Assembly (NCBI RefSeq): GCF_964213995.1
Contig: NC_135813.1
Location: forward strand, 103,478,001 to 103,542,000
Source: Mustelus asterias
Taxonomy: Eukaryota
Direction of reading: 5' to 3'
Length of the DNA stretch: 64,000 nt
Shown in pieces: positions 10,901 to 23,904 of this stretch; within the stretch, counting starts at the first letter, position 1, and the number at the start of each line of letters is the position of its first letter. The position numbers and the translations under genes are program-made. The notes beneath the pieces are model-generated. The model was not told where the DNA came from and did no database searches. It worked only from the letters and a program-made list of their open reading frames with translations.

Positions 10901-13900
10901 ATTGTCTTGCTGTACTGTAAAATCTCAGCATGCAATACTATCTAACCAACAGCACCACAGAAAAGTATATATTAATGATTTGGAAGAGGGAACTGAATGT
11001 ATTATCTCCAAATTTGCAGATGATACAAAGTTGGGTGGGAGGGTGAAATGTGAAGAGAATGCAGAGGTGCTTCAGCGTGATTTGGACAGGCTAGGTGTGT
11101 GGGCATCTGCATGGCAGATGCAATATAATGTGGATAAATGTGACATTATCCACTTTGGTAGCAATAAAGAAAGACAATGACTTGAATAGGTATAAATGAG
11201 AGGTGGATACTCAACAAGACCTTGGGATCCTCGTGCACCAGTCGCTGAAAGTAAGCGCGCAGGTACAGCAGGCAGTAAAGAAGGCAAATGGTACATCAGC
11301 CTCCATAGGAAGAGGATTTGCGTACAGGGATCGGGATGTTTTGCTGCAATTTTATAGGGCGGCCACACCTGGAGTATTGTGCGCAGTTTTGGTGTCCTTA
11401 TCTGAGGAAGGATGTCTTTGCTATAGAGCGAGTAAAGCGAAGGTTTTCCAGGCTGATTCCTGGGATAGCAGGTCTGTCATATGAGAAGAGACTAAGTTGA
11501 TTAGGATTATATTCACTGGAGTTTAGAACAGTGAGAGGGGATCTCACAGAAACTTGTAAAATTCTAACAGGGTTAGACAGGGTAGATTCAGAAAGAATGT
11601 ACCCAATGGTGGGGGAGTCCAGAACTAGGGGTCATAGTTTGAGGAAAGAACTGAGGTGAGGAGAAATTTCTTCACCCAGAGAGCAGCGAATGTGGAATTC
11701 ACTACCACAGAATGTGATTAAGGCCAAAATGTTGTCTGATTTCAAGAAATTAGATATAGCTCTTGGGGCTAAAGGGATCAAGAGATATGAGGCGGGGGGG
11801 GAAATCAGGATATTGAATTTGATGACCAGCCATGATCAAAATGTCGGAGCAGGCTCAAAGGGCCGAATGGCCTACTCCTGCTTCTAGTTTCAATGAGTCC
11901 TGCCCAGACTAAATACTTGGCTCCATCTAACATCGTTTTCACAGGAACTTCTGAACCATCACCTAAGTGACTAATGCATCTCTTCAATTCCTATCCCATC
12001 GTGTGAAGTCAATACCACAAGAAAATAAGCAGAACTGGGGTATTTCTGGAAAGGGACATCTTTTATTAAAGCTTTTCATTTTGGAACGATGAGGACACTT
12101 TGCAAGAATACAAATCCAAAGGATAGCAAATTTATACAGTATGAGAAGACAGTGCTGATTGGCTCACACCTCAGTAAAGACTAGATACCTCAACGGACTT
12201 TTGACTCTGTACCCATGCGAAACAACAGTGGCATGGTTAGCACTGCGCCTCACAGCGCCAAGGACCTGGGTTCAATTCCCAGCTTGGGTCACTGTGTGTG
12301 GAGTTTGCATATTCTCCGTGGGTTTCCTCTGGGTGCTCCGGTTTCCTCCCATAGTACAAAGATGTGCTGGTTAGGTGCATTGGCCATGTTAAATTCTCCC
12401 TCAGTGTACCCGAACAGGCGTCGGATTTTCACAGTAACGTCATGACTTTTGAATGCAAGCCTACTCGTGACTAATAAATAAACTTTAGCACTCTTTTACT
12501 CTATAAGTGTAAAGATGGCAACAGTGCTACTTGCCTCCCTTGTTTGTGCGCGCAAATGATCTAACCCTTTTGAGTTTACTGTGCGAATTGTATTACATCA
12601 AAACGGAGGGGTTGGGAAGCATACTAATGCTTATAGAGGGGAAAGCAAATCAAAAACACCTGTTTACTGAAAGGGGGAGGGGGAGTGGTGGTGGAAAGAG
12701 AGAAGAAATTCGTGTAGGTTAAATTAACCCTCCCCATCCATAATATTTTCATTGCTTCCCTTCCTACTTTCCACAAATGATGACAATTACTCTTGTCTAA
12801 GTAGGCATAATAAAACATCCAAAGCTAGAAATGGGATATTACTACTATCACTTTAGAGTTGCGAGAGACACATACAAACACAAGTACTTAACTTACTGTA
12901 CTGGCTTTGTTGGCTATAATCAGTCTGTTGTCCATAGCTAGATTGTTGACCAAATCCTGAAGGTGGTTGCTGCTGGGTGTAGCCTCCAGTTGGGGGCGGC
13001 GGTGGTGCATAGCTGCTCCCTTGTTGTCCATAGCTGGCCTGCTGGCTGTAAGTACTCTGATCATAGCCAGTTGCTTGAGTGGTGCTGCTGTAACTATAAA
13101 CAAATTATGTTTTTGGCAAGTGGGTCAGTAATGAGAGGTCATAACGTTTAAATCTGGGCGTGCACGTCCACAGTTCCCTAAAAGTGACAACACAAGTGGC
13201 CAAAGTGATTAAGAAGGCATATTACATGTTTGCCTTCATCAGCGGGCACTGGGTACAAGAGTTGGCAAATCATGTTGCAGCTATATAAAACCTTGGTTAG
13301 GCTGTATTTGGAGTATTGCAGTTCTGGTCACCACACTACCAAAAGGATGTGGAAGTTTTGGAGAGTGCACTAGGGAGGCTCACCAGGATATTGTCCGGTC
13401 TCGAGGGTGTTGCCGAGGAGGAGAGGTTGAATAAACTAGGATTGTTTTCACTGGAAAGACAGAGGCTGAAGGGAGACCTGATTGAAGTCTACAAAATTAT
13501 GAGGCATAGATTTTTTCCTAGAGTGCAAGTGTCAATTACAAAGGGATACAGGTTCAAGGTGAGAGGGGGAAAGTTTAAAGGAGACATGCAGGGGGGCTTT
13601 TCACACAGTGTGGTGGGTGCTTGGAACGTGCTGCCAGTGGTGGTGCTGGAAGCAAGCACATTAGCAAAATTTAAGAGGCATCTGGATGGGTACATAAATA
13701 AGGAAGAAATGAATAGAGAGATACAGACTGAATATGGGCAGAAGGTTTTTTTTAGTTTAATTAGGGCATCATGATCGGCACAGGCTTGGAGGGCCGAAGG
13801 GCCTGTTCCTGTGCTGTACTGTGTCTGGGAAATGAGAGATTTCAGAAGGTTGAAAGTGTGGAATCACATTCCATGACAAATTGCAAAAGGCAACTGGCAT

Positions 13901-16900
13901 GTGCTTGGGAGACTGATTTGCAGGAAGATGGTTAAAAGCGGTAATGGGGGCTGCACGGTAGCACAGTGGTTAGCACTGCAGCTTCACAGCTCCAGGGACC
14001 TGGGTTCGATTCCCGGCTTGGGTCACTGTCTGTGTGGAGTTTGCACACTCTCCTAGTGTCTGCGTGGGTTTCCTCCGGGTCCTCCGGTTTCCATCCAGTC
14101 CAAAGATGTGGTTAGGTTGATTGGCCATGCTAAAATTGCCCCTTAGTGTCCTGAGATGCGTAGGTTGGAGGGATTAGTGGGTAAATATGTAGGGATATGG
14201 GGGTAGGGCCTGGGTGGGATTGTGGTTGGTGCAGGCTCGATGGGCCCAATGGCCTCTTTCTGCACTGTAGGGTTTCTATGATTCTTCTTTCTATGAAAAG
14301 CTGGGATGCAAAAGAGCTGGCACAGATAGGATGGGTCAAATGGACTCCCTTCTGTGCTATAAGCAATCTGCTGTTTTAAGAAAATTACAGCACAGGAACA
14401 GGCCCTTTGTCAGAACAAAGCACAGAAGCAGAGTATTCTTTGTGCAAAACATTTCTATCAGTTCATCAAGATTATTTGGTGGCGATTAACTGAACATTCA
14501 AGACTTGAAGACTGCTAAGAGTTAACTGATCTAGAGGTCAGCAGCCTTACAATGCTTTACAGGCAAGTGTTTGGGAAAAGAAAATAGTTTGTAAAATATC
14601 CCCCAATGAAAATAGGTTCTCTCCAGGCTTCACGTGACAGTTACTGAGGGAGCCCAAATCTAGGTTGAAGCCTTCTAAACAACTCAATTTGATAATACCT
14701 GAAATTTCCTTAAAATACAGCAGCCAAACAATATTTACCTTGTAGGAGGGAAAGATGGAGGGGCACTGGGAGGCTGAAGAGGATAAGCACCATGCACACT
14801 CATTTGAGGGTATCCATAATTTGTCTGACTGTATCCCACGCTGGACTGGGCATACCCAGTACTTGGTTGGCTATATTCATCCTGCTTTGTAGTATCTTGC
14901 GCTCTGAAAGTTAAGTGGGTAATTAGACATGTTTCCTCCACTTTTAAAAGAGAATCAGATTTTGTGCAGGGCAAACATTTTCAAATTAATCAAATTAATG
15001 CGTCTACAAAATGAATGTGCATCATCAGAATGTATTCAACCAGCTCAGGATCCAAACCTGAAATTTTCAACAAGGTAAATGTTCACCACTTCATTCCTAA
15101 CTACATTAACATTTCTTATTTCATCAGTGATTACAAATTCTTTTCTAATTTCTAGCAAAGCTTCCAATAGCGATCTTCTCAACACTTGGAAAAACAGAAT
15201 AGATTTGATTTGAAGCAAAACATTCATAGTATCCAACTAGAGTAGTTAAGATCAAGTTAATCGTACCTTGTACTGAAACTAGCCATTGATGAATATACTT
15301 TTGTGTTTCCAATAATCAAATACAAGTGAAATTATTTGAACTTTTTTTAAATACAAGGATACTTTGAATCACATAGACCAATTGTGCTATATAACTAAAA
15401 GATTTTCAACATTTGAAATGTTGCAAAAAACATGCACATACTTACAAACATTAGAAACAGATAATAAGTACAATATAAATCAAAACAAGGTATGGAATTA
15501 TAGACTTGTGGCCTCAATGGAAAAACTAAACCAGAAAAAGGATAACTCAACTATGCAGCTTAAAACATTGCAGTAATGGCTTCTGGGGAGAACAGCCAAA
15601 AGCAAGGTAGATTCAGTTGTACTGAGATAAGGAGAGGAAAGAGTTGCATCAGAAATTGATGATTAATTGCATTCAGATGATGGGCATTAATTGTGGACTC
15701 ACATGTCCTGATAAAAAGGTTGTTGCATGTGCACAATATAAACAGCAGTTTGAATGTGGCTCCAATTCTATGCTTTGCCACCCAACTACCAGAATTCTAA
15801 AGATTTAAAACTAACACACAAGCATTTCTGCAGCAGCAGGTGTAATTCGGGGATAGGTTGCTTCCTGGTGCCAGGGCTACAAACAGCTCTCGGGTGGCTG
15901 TATAATATTGAAAGGGTATGAATGCCAGAGCTCGTAGCCCATATTGGTACCAATGAGGAGAATGGGGAGATCAATTGTGTAGAGGAATAGAAGAACCTTG
16001 GAGTGCATGTACAATAACCCCTTAAGTCAAGTCAAGATAGACAAGGTGATTAAAGTAGCAAATGGGAGGTTATGCTACAACTGTATGAAACACGGTTCGG
16101 TCACTGCTACAGCACAGCATAAGCTCCAGTCACTATATCACACAGAGTGCGATGACACTAGGGTAGGGAAGACTTACGAGATTGTCACCAGGAATGGAAC
16201 ATCTTAGCCTAGTCTTCAACAGATCTTACCCAAGCCCATCTCCCACGCATTTACCCGGTTCAGGAGTGATCTAATTCAAGTGTACAAAATTGAAAGAGGT
16301 TGGCGGACTTTCCCTTAAAATATAACAACCAAGGGCATAGGTTTCAAGAAATTGGTAGAAGGATTAGAGGGGAGTGGAGGAATTTTTTTTTAAAAAAAGA
16401 TGAAGGGAGTTTGAACTCAGTCTGAAAGGATGGTAGAAGTAGAAAACCTCATTGCAATTGCAAAGTACTTGGGTATGCACTTACAACTGTTGCAATCCGT
16501 TTCACTTGGCAGACACTATAGACTGAATAGCCTGTTCTTTTGACAGGGTGCAGAAATTGAATTTGAAAGTATACAGCTCCACTTCTAACTACCAACAGGC
16601 TTCCTTTCCCTCCTGTGCTGAAATTTTAAAAGTGTAAGAAATATACCTGGTAGGTGCAACGGTTGTAGCTGTGTGCTGCCCATATGCAGCATAAGTAGGC
16701 TGTTGACCATAGGTGGGCTGCTGCCCATATGTAGCTTGAGGGGTGGCAGCACTGTCATATCCAGTTGTGCTGTAAGCCTGCACAGGTTGGCTATAAGCCT
16801 GAGGTGCAATTGGTGCACTATAACCTGTTTAAAAAGCATAGCAAAACATTTTTTATTTTCTCTACAGCTCTGAATTTACACAATGCACAAAAACATAATT

Positions 16901-19900
16901 GAACAACATCTATTTTATGGCATTTAATGTTGAAACATGTAAATGCTACTCATTGTACTATATTGTGAATTAACTGGATAGAAATGTGCAGCAACATAAA
17001 ACCAGTACTGTACAGTACGCCATCCAATACACAGGCTACACAAATGCAGTCATTCCCCCCCCCCCCCCGAATAGAATACAAAGACTTGCATTTATATAGT
17101 GGCTTCAATATAGTAAAATGCTCCAAAGTGCTTCAGAGGCCTGAGGAAGAACAGATACCGAGCCATGGAGCGATTAGGAAACATGACCAAAAGCAGTGGA
17201 AGATGTAGGTTTTGAAGGTGATCTTATAAAGGATAACAAAATGGAGGGGCTTGGGAAGGGAATTCTAGAACATGAGGCTCAGGTTAGTGAGAGCTGAGCC
17301 ATCAATGGTGGATTAAGGGAGGATGCACATGAGCCTGGAGTCAAACAGATGGATCCTCTGGTCAATCATCTCTCAAGGCAGTTGCCTCCCTAATTGCTAG
17401 AAACATTTTAGTATTTCTCTCCAGTAGTTATTTTGCTTGTGCAGGACTGTACAATTGGCTATTTAACAGCAATGGGCATTTAGCCAAGGAAATGTGGCTC
17501 TCCTAAACATCAAGTGCACATGTCCAGATTTCTCAGTATAGTAACAAACTGAAAATCAATTCACCCATTCCTCTATCCCAGGAATAAGCCAACGGGTTTG
17601 TGCTAGACAACAGAATGCTGTTGTCTAGCACAACTATATGCCTCCTTATTCATCATGGATTTTCTGATACCGCTCTTTTTGGACGAGCAGAAAATTCTAA
17701 CTAATTAGGATGAATATTATTCAATAAAAGGCAATGTGACACTGAGTTGAAGCAGTAAGGAATTCACCTGATCCACCTAAACTAGTGCTGTCTCCAACCC
17801 ATCCTTCCAATGTTATGTCTCCTAAATTCAACTAAATGTCAATGAGGGGTAATCAAATGCTGAAATAAACAATATTGTACATTTCTACCTCACTATAGTA
17901 AGCTACCAATATGAATACTGCATACATCCCCTTAAGTTTGTAGTACTATCCTCCTGGTTCCAATGTTATATCAGGAGGTAAACAATTACCATTCTCAACT
18001 GCAGCAAAAAAAAAGTACCTAGAATTTAACTGGTGGAATTGAGAACGTGAGATTTTTCATAGTATGCCTGCTTAAATTGTGGAGAAATCTCAACAGGCCT
18101 AGGTGGGATAGTGGTCGGTACAGATTCAATGGGCCAAATGGCCTTGTTCTGTACTGTAGGGATTCTATGATTCAATGTAACTATAGGTTGCACTATTTCA
18201 AACTTGAAATGTTAGGAACTATAAAAATATAAAACAAAGGGCCAGTGATTTAAGTCTTGCTACTGATTGGTGCAATTTTAGGTGAATTATGAACCTCCAG
18301 TTACTCCTGTGTGATTTACTGTCTCCTGTAGCACAATGATGCAATACAAGTCCAGCAACAACACCGAGCATGCATGACAAAATGAAGTTTCATTTCTTGA
18401 TGTAAAGCAGTAATGTGACAAAACAAACAAATCATGCAACAATGACCAGGCACTCTAACCTGCACTTGTCCCTTCTACCCAAGAACAACAGACAGCAGTA
18501 AAAAAAAAGATACAGGTTCAGAATATCATAAATATCCCTTCTACCTAAGAAAGTAAAGACAGGAATAAAAAGATTATAAGTAATATATTCAAAATGGGGA
18601 ACATTATAAACACAGATTAACTCTTACCAGTTTGAGGTTGCCCATATGCAGTAGCATATGCTGTCTGTCCGTAAGCTGCAGTTGTTTGCGCTTGAGTGTA
18701 GGTAGTATCAGTGGGTTGGGTATAGGTTCCATAACTTGGCTGCGCATATGCCTAGTTGCAAATGTTTAGAAAAATAACTTTCAAGTCAGGTCTGCAGTAG
18801 ACAAATTGATGAATTTGAAAATAATTGTCAGAATCACTAAAGATTTACTGCTAGGTTAACACAATGAGATTGCAAAACAGTTTTCTTAAAAGTCTTACTT
18901 GGGTTGTCTGTCCATATGCTTGAGCAGGCTGAGCTGCATAGGTTCCATACCTGTAAGATGAACAGTGGAAGTCTTCACATTGTCTAAATAACCATCAAGT
19001 AACCATTAACGCAACTGTCCTCCCAAAGATAATTCAACACAACCAGAAAGGATTAGGAAGCAAGAAACAAGTAAGCATGTTCTACCATTCATTTAGATCA
19101 TAACTGATCTGTACCATAAATTTACTTACCCATGTTGATATTAAAGGTTACAGAACCAAGTTAAATAAATAAATAAAATTGACTTGTTTTTCCAAGTACC
19201 CCATCAAAAGCCTTCCCTGCACTTGGAGGAAAAAAGGTTGGTCAGTTATCCAAGACTGAATTTCAAATGTTACTACACTATTAGACAGCTCAGACTAGAG
19301 GGCATTGCATCCAGTCCAGAATCCCCAATGACTACCAAGGAAGGAAATAAGATTTATACTATAGGCACAGGGAGTAGTGGTCCCAGTATACACCCATTCC
19401 TCTTCTAACAAGCAATCAGGTCATAGAGATCCTGAATAGGATCCATGAAAAAGGGCTACCTAAATATGTAACGCTAGAGGAATTTGACATTAGATCAATG
19501 ATACCACCTCAAGTGCACAGCATCATAGATATCCAGTATCTATTCCCATGTTGCCAAGTATTGCCAACTTTGGTCAAAATATCACAATAGCCCCCTGGGG
19601 GCAAAGCTATACAAACCAGATGGTCTTGCATTCAATTCTTTGAAAGATAGCTGGTATCAAGAATTGGTCTTTGCACCCTATGGTTATTAGCAGGAAGAAT
19701 TCAACTACAGGAAGTGCAACATCTGCTAGAAAACATACTGGTTGTGTTAGTTAAGGATTGGATGCTGCTGTAATTTCTTCTATGTAAAAATTATTCAGAC
19801 AATATTCAGTTGAGCCTCACAAGAAAGCCAGACAGGAGGCATTGGAGATCTGGAGTCACCCCACACACAACCCCATCAAAAAGCCAGCATCATCAGACTG

Positions 19901-22900
19901 TTAAAAAATTGTCAAACATAGGAAACGGTGTTGTTTTTCCCTTTCCAAGCATGATCATTGAATGCAACTAACAAGATATTTTTCACATTGTAATATTTTC
20001 TACGAATGTCCATTTGGTACTCATATGCAAAATACCACTGACAGGCTACGACCTAAGAGCAGCTTTTCAAATTTAGTTCTTCAGTAGCAAAATTTGTTTT
20101 CTGTACATTTTATCAGTGAACTTTCCACGTTTCAAAATCATTTTAAAAATACATTCTATGAAACAAGGTTTTGCGGCAGACTAAGTTTTAAATGAAACAA
20201 TATTGGTGGATTGTTTAAATTAGTCATAACTGAATATAAATAAAATGCGGATAGGAAACTCTCACAGCAGGCAGCATCCCCAATCAGGGTTTTTTTGAAA
20301 GCATATATCGGAAATTTGAAAGATATAGCAGAATGAATGATTTCCTCTTTGTAACCTGGAGAACACTGAGCAATTTGGTTATAGTCACAAGTGGAAGCTA
20401 TCATTGAAATTATATATATAATATATAATTAGGCTGGTCAACATAAACACAACCCCCTTAGTGTACTAATCTAGTAAGCAATTGATTTTAAACAAACATA
20501 GATAGTATAAATATTTGATTTTGAAGTAGCACTTACCCTTGTTGAGCTGCAGCTTGAGTGTAGGTACTATAGTCTACAAAAAGAAAGGAGTTCCTCAACT
20601 AATTATACAAAGTTGATTGAAATAGGTTTCTCATTTTACAGAATACCAAAGATTGAAACTTATCAAATTATTTGAAATGTTACTCCCATTTCATTCAAAA
20701 GAAAGATTAATATCGATTAAAATAGTATTAACCATCAAGTGGCTAGGATTCCTCGTGCAACCCTCTAGACAATGCCAGTATTTGTACAATGACAATACAC
20801 TGGGGCACCTGTAACTCTCTCAGCAGATTTCCCACCTCCCCTGAAGAGGTGAGAAAGAGCAAATGAAACAGATAGATACTTGAAGGTTACTTGGATTAGG
20901 AGACTGTATCCTCTCAAAACATTTAAGGAGCACCATTTTAAAGGTTTTGGTATATCTTGGAGTCATTGCAACACTGGCAATCTCAACAAAATGGTGCCAA
21001 ATGACTAAATACACAGTTGCCAATGCACAAAATAAAAAGTGATATATTGGACCTAAGATGACACTATGGGAACAATTATATTGTGAACAAGGATACAACC
21101 ATCTTAGTTACTTAAAATTTGGAGTTCAAGCCCAAAGGTAATGTTAATTCAAGAGTACAAGATTACATGGATTTGGGCCTGCCTTTCTTCACTTGTGCTT
21201 GCATCAAGAACATGCTGTTACTTAATGCACTGAAGACATGGGCTTGAACGTGGATCCTTGCTAGTCTCTAAATTAGTCCATAACATAATGCAATTGTACA
21301 AGAGCTACAGGCAAGTTTTAGCAGCATTTTCGTTCAGCTACACTGAAAGTGAACTAATACTTATTTACTAAACATGAACTCATAGCCAAACACATTTGGA
21401 ATGGCAAATTTGTTTGTCAAATATCAATTTGCAGTGTATTATACTTAAATGCCAGTTTCATTCCCTTTAAAAATTACCCAATACTTAAGTACATAGAAGT
21501 TATGCAAAAATGGCTACATTTGGTGTTTGAAATGTGAATATAAAACTATAATTAATTTTTATTACCAAAACTGCTCAATTATACATTTATAAAATTGCTC
21601 ATCCCTTACCCCATTTCAGTTTTTGCATCAAACTCAGTATGCACATAAGCATTTGAATGTTACAAGAGAAAAGATCAGCAAAAATATATCATTGTGTACA
21701 TACATCGCAACACTGGAATGATAATTTAAGCCCCAGATCAACAGCTCCATAAATAAATGTATTTTCAAATGCTACGTTTGTACTTGTTAGCTCTTCCTCC
21801 CACATTGAAGGGGAAAGTTAAAGCACACAAAAGCTAATAAGTATACAAACTTGCATGTATCAGAATATCTTTCTCCCACATCCTTCAAGAAGAACTACAT
21901 TTTGTATTGTGATATGCAATTATAAGCCAACAGAAACCTCTCCCCTTGGTGTATTTTGTTTTCTTGAGTTGGAATATTAGAAGCTACAACTTTTGGTGGA
22001 AGAATTATTTCAGGCTTTACTGTAATAAATCTCACTTTCTATTACTTTTGATGCCTGCAAAAAAAGGGGGATCAAGAGTAGATACCCCATGTGCGGTGTC
22101 TATTGAGATATGTTCAAACTTTATGACTGCTAGGATTAGCAGTTCCCACTCAGGCCCAGTAAAGCTTTCTTCATTCTGCCAATATGTCATTCATCCAAAT
22201 TTTTTTCTTCGTGTTAATGGCCAAAGATGGTTTCAGCATCAGTATCGATAACTCAATGTGTGCTAACATTACCAACCCAATATCTAGAAGGGGATTAGTA
22301 CATAAATCCATCATTTAAATTTGGTGATAAATTTTATAAAAAGATTGAAATAATACAATATTGTAATTAACTGAACATTTGGAAGCATGCTTTTCCTTTC
22401 TCGTATGAGCAACATTTGGTCAGCCTTTCTTGAGAAGCCCCAACATTAGCATCAGTTGAATTATGCATTTTCTAACAGGAAAAACTAAACTTCCAATTCC
22501 ACCCCCCCCAAAACTTAAATGAAACTTAAGTTGATCAGCGTTATCTGGTCATGGACAACACCACAGTTAACAGGCAACGTGAATTTCAATGTCAATCTCC
22601 ACATGCAAAAAGGTTTAAAAGGCCCCATTTTATGGCGCTCGGGGAAAGCATTTTCACTTTAGGTCTTCGCTCAGTAGGACGTGTGATTGAATAGCTTTAT
22701 TTGGTAATTATAGTACTGCAACCAATACTAAATACAAGTAAAAATATACCAGCCAAGTTTTCAAATTTATTGAGCGACCAGAAGCCGAAGCTATTCAGTC
22801 ATAAATCTTCCAACAGGAGGTCACACAGTGCCCAGTGAAAAGGTATTGAAGAGGCCGAAAACCCCCACCACGTTCATTCGCTGCATAATTGCGAACGCTC

Positions 22901-23904
22901 TGATCCCGACTAAAATCATTGGGAGCGTTTACGAGTAACATTCGGTACAGTACACAAATATTTTCTTTTAAAATTGGACTCAAATGTCAAATTTTGCCGC
23001 ATCACAAACTCGTGGAATGTATTTAAATTGTTTTGTTTAGACCCGCTGTCCCAACAGCACCTTTAAACCAACAACAAGAAAAAACGAATTTTCGGTTTGT
23101 GTGCGCGACTCCATTTTGGCAGAGTGCCAAACGCTTAGTTAAAAACCCAAATTTAAAACAAAACTACCCTAAAACAAATAAAACGGTCCCACTTAACTAT
23201 TTTTAAGGGATTTTTAAAAATCGCATTTTTAAAAAAAAAGTTGGAAAATTTTTTTTGGGAAAAAAAATCAACTTAATCGTACATTGGAGGGGGTGGTGAA
23301 AGAAAAATTCAGAAACTAGTCGATATTTCCCCACGGAAAATAACTCATTAAGATGCACTTAACAGGTTAATCCTCCCCCCACCCCCCCCACAAGGTAAGT
23401 AGGCCTCGACGCTAACGGATTGAAAGAAAAGGCACTTCCGCCCCGGAGAGACTCCGCCTGGGCGGCCTCTCTCCAAGGGCGAGGGCCGGGGACAAGCGGC
23501 GGAGGAGCAGCACGGCGCCCCTGGGGCTTTGTGGCGCAGCTGCGTTCCGGGGGATGGGGGGGGGTCTTGCGGGGGTAGGGGGAGTGTCGGGGGTACAAAC
23601 ACACACATATACACATAGGCCCCAACGGCTGGCCGGCGTCTCCCCTCCCCCCCCCCCCTCCTCCGACACGCGATGTTTGAGGCCTTGGGCCCCGAATCGC
23701 GACCGGGTGGGGGAGGGGAATTAAAAAAAAACTCCCCGGTAAGACTTGACAAGATGTGAGAAAAAGGAAGAGATAGGGTGCGATGTGGAAGAGGCCGGCG
23801 GCCCTGGGAGCCGTGCGAGGGAGGCCGGCGGCGGGTGCGGGCGGCCCAGCGCCTTTAAATCCGATGCCAACAGTTACAAACTCCCTCTTACCCGTCGACG
23901 CCAT
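1793..23904 (-). CDS. EWSR1: EWS RNA-binding protein 1 (FET family), coding exons 1-13; gene continues past the left edge of the window
   Basis: 13 GT-AG-bounded exons with consistent phases give 1492 nt of open frame: [19 protein letters not shown]..., SYGQ-rich N-terminus, RGG box, RRM ([10 protein letters not shown]...[25 protein letters not shown]). Several exon sizes (13, 37, 52, 124, 181, 130) equal the human sizes I recall. Confidence 0.97.
2038..2167 (-). CDS. EWSR1: EWSR1 exon 12 (130 nt; RRM core)
   Basis: cttcag|ATTAAC...TTTGATG|gtaggt; [43 protein letters not shown]. Confidence 0.96.
2257..2432 (-). CDS. EWSR1: EWSR1 exon 11 (Pro/Ala-rich linker plus RRM start)
   Basis: ctttgtag|TAGCAGCC...ATAAAG|gtttgt; [59 protein letters not shown]. 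Confidence 0.92.
2780..2925 (-). mobile_element. 5' fragment of a tRNA-derived SINE, same family as 43435-43770
   Basis: Shares gatttgaacc...ctctggattactagtcca...accacta with the 43435-43770 copy. Confidence 0.6.
2985..3121 (-). mobile_element. Penelope-like element end with inverted terminal segment
   Basis: cagtaagaagtctcacaacacagg (3018-3042) is inverted at 3098-3121; partial hammerhead TGAAGGGGCAGTGCTCCGAAAGCTT on the minus strand. Confidence 0.6.
4396..4431 (-). CDS. EWSR1: EWSR1 exon 10 (36 nt; [12 protein letters not shown])
   Basis: Strong polypyrimidine tract tttctttccttcccatccag|TAA...CCAG|gtaac. Phase 1/1, acidic, and in the position expected for the small exon 10. Confidence 0.8.
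4722..4838. repeat. Imperfect direct repeat, 2 x about 36 nt (tatcaggtaatttgaaacccattttaaYgcaaaccc)
   Basis: Copies at 4722-4757 and 4803-4838 in EWSR1 intron 9. Confidence 0.85.
4983..5017 (-). CDS. EWSR1: EWSR1 exon 9 (35 nt; [11 protein letters not shown])
   Basis: ccctgcag|CGGTG...CTGGTG|gtaagt. Confidence 0.93.
5467..5549 (-). other. EWSR1: Candidate EWSR1 alternative terminal exon in intron 8; encodes (G)[12 protein letters not shown] with stop at 5512..5510
   Basis: Acceptor tttatatgctacag|G is in phase with exon 8. The peptide matches the recalled C-terminus of the human short EWSR1 isoform. [10 protein letters not shown] follows in a shifted frame. Confidence 0.75.
8426..8540. repeat. 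Tandem duplication, 2 x 57-58 nt
   Basis: tatgatcttgaatta(a)gagattttttttgaagtgtaattttagtatactcttactggc occurs twice, nearly identical. Confidence 0.92.
10015..10195 (-). CDS. EWSR1: EWSR1 exon 8 (181 nt; [18 protein letters not shown]...[14 protein letters not shown]1)
   Basis: cccag|GTACAT...ATGGG|gtaaga. Confidence 0.95.
10965..11890 (+). mobile_element. 5'-truncated CR1/HER1-type LINE (RT C-terminus plus 3' UTR)
   Basis: YINDL...[11 protein letters not shown]...LQRDLDRL...[21 protein letters not shown]; frameshifted; 3' tail ggccgaatggcctactcctgct. Confidence 0.93.
12228..12486 (+). mobile_element. HE1-like V-SINE, tail type B
   Basis: tRNA head (tggttagcactg...gggttcaattccc), V-domain gggtttcctctgggtgctccggtttcctccc, tail ttttcacagtaac...ctaataaataaacttt. 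Confidence 0.88.
12897..13093 (-). CDS. EWSR1: EWSR1 exon 7 (197 nt; [24 protein letters not shown]...YSQQSQY)
   Basis: tttatag|TTACAG...AGTACA|gtaagt; SYGQQ repeats. Confidence 0.93.
13150..13822 (+). mobile_element. CR1-type LINE 3' fragment
   Basis: [11 protein letters not shown]...[22 protein letters not shown]; tail gggccgaagggcctgttcctgtgctgta. Confidence 0.9.
13946..14296 (+). mobile_element. Full-length HE1-like V-SINE, tail type A (CR1/HER1-like tail)
   Basis: A/B boxes, V-domain, tail gatgggcccaatggcctctttctgcactgtagggtttctatgatt. Confidence 0.92.
14739..14903 (-). CDS. EWSR1: EWSR1 exon 6 (165 nt; [17 protein letters not shown]...PPSFPPT)
   Basis: ctttcag|AGCGC...ACAAG|gtaaat. 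Confidence 0.93.
15790..16545 (+). mobile_element. Old degraded CR1 fragment
   Basis: Residual motifs (gaccttggagtgcatgtaca-like, gtgatctaattcaagtgtacaaaat, aaccaagggcatagg). Confidence 0.55.
16647..16824 (-). CDS. EWSR1: EWSR1 exon 5 (178 nt; [24 protein letters not shown]...VAPT)
   Basis: aacag|GTTATA...ACCAG|gtatat; overlaps track ORF 16589..16783. Confidence 0.93.
18628..18751 (-). CDS. EWSR1: EWSR1 exon 4 (124 nt; [41 protein letters not shown])
   Basis: actag|GCATAT...AACTG|gtaaga. Confidence 0.95.
18899..18950 (-). CDS. EWSR1: EWSR1 exon 3 (52 nt; [17 protein letters not shown])
   Basis: cttacag|GTATGG...ACCCAA|gtaaga; phase fits. Confidence 0.95.
20537..20573 (-). CDS. EWSR1: EWSR1 exon 2 (37 nt; [13 protein letters not shown])
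   Basis: tttgtag|ACTATAGT...CAAGG|gtaagt. Confidence 0.95.
23892..23904 (-). CDS. EWSR1: EWSR1 exon 1, coding part (MAST)
   Basis: AAG ATG GCG TCG ACG G|GTAAG in the CpG island. Confidence 0.93.

Noticed and set aside
13946-14030. tRNA-like sequence with Pol III A/B boxes (also at other SINE heads)
   Set aside because: These are SINE heads continuing into the V-domain, not tRNA genes.
1020-23000. Intronic snoRNA or miRNA genes in EWSR1
   Set aside because: No convincing C/D box pair with terminal stem or H/ACA architecture seen by eye; an Rfam scan would be needed to exclude them.
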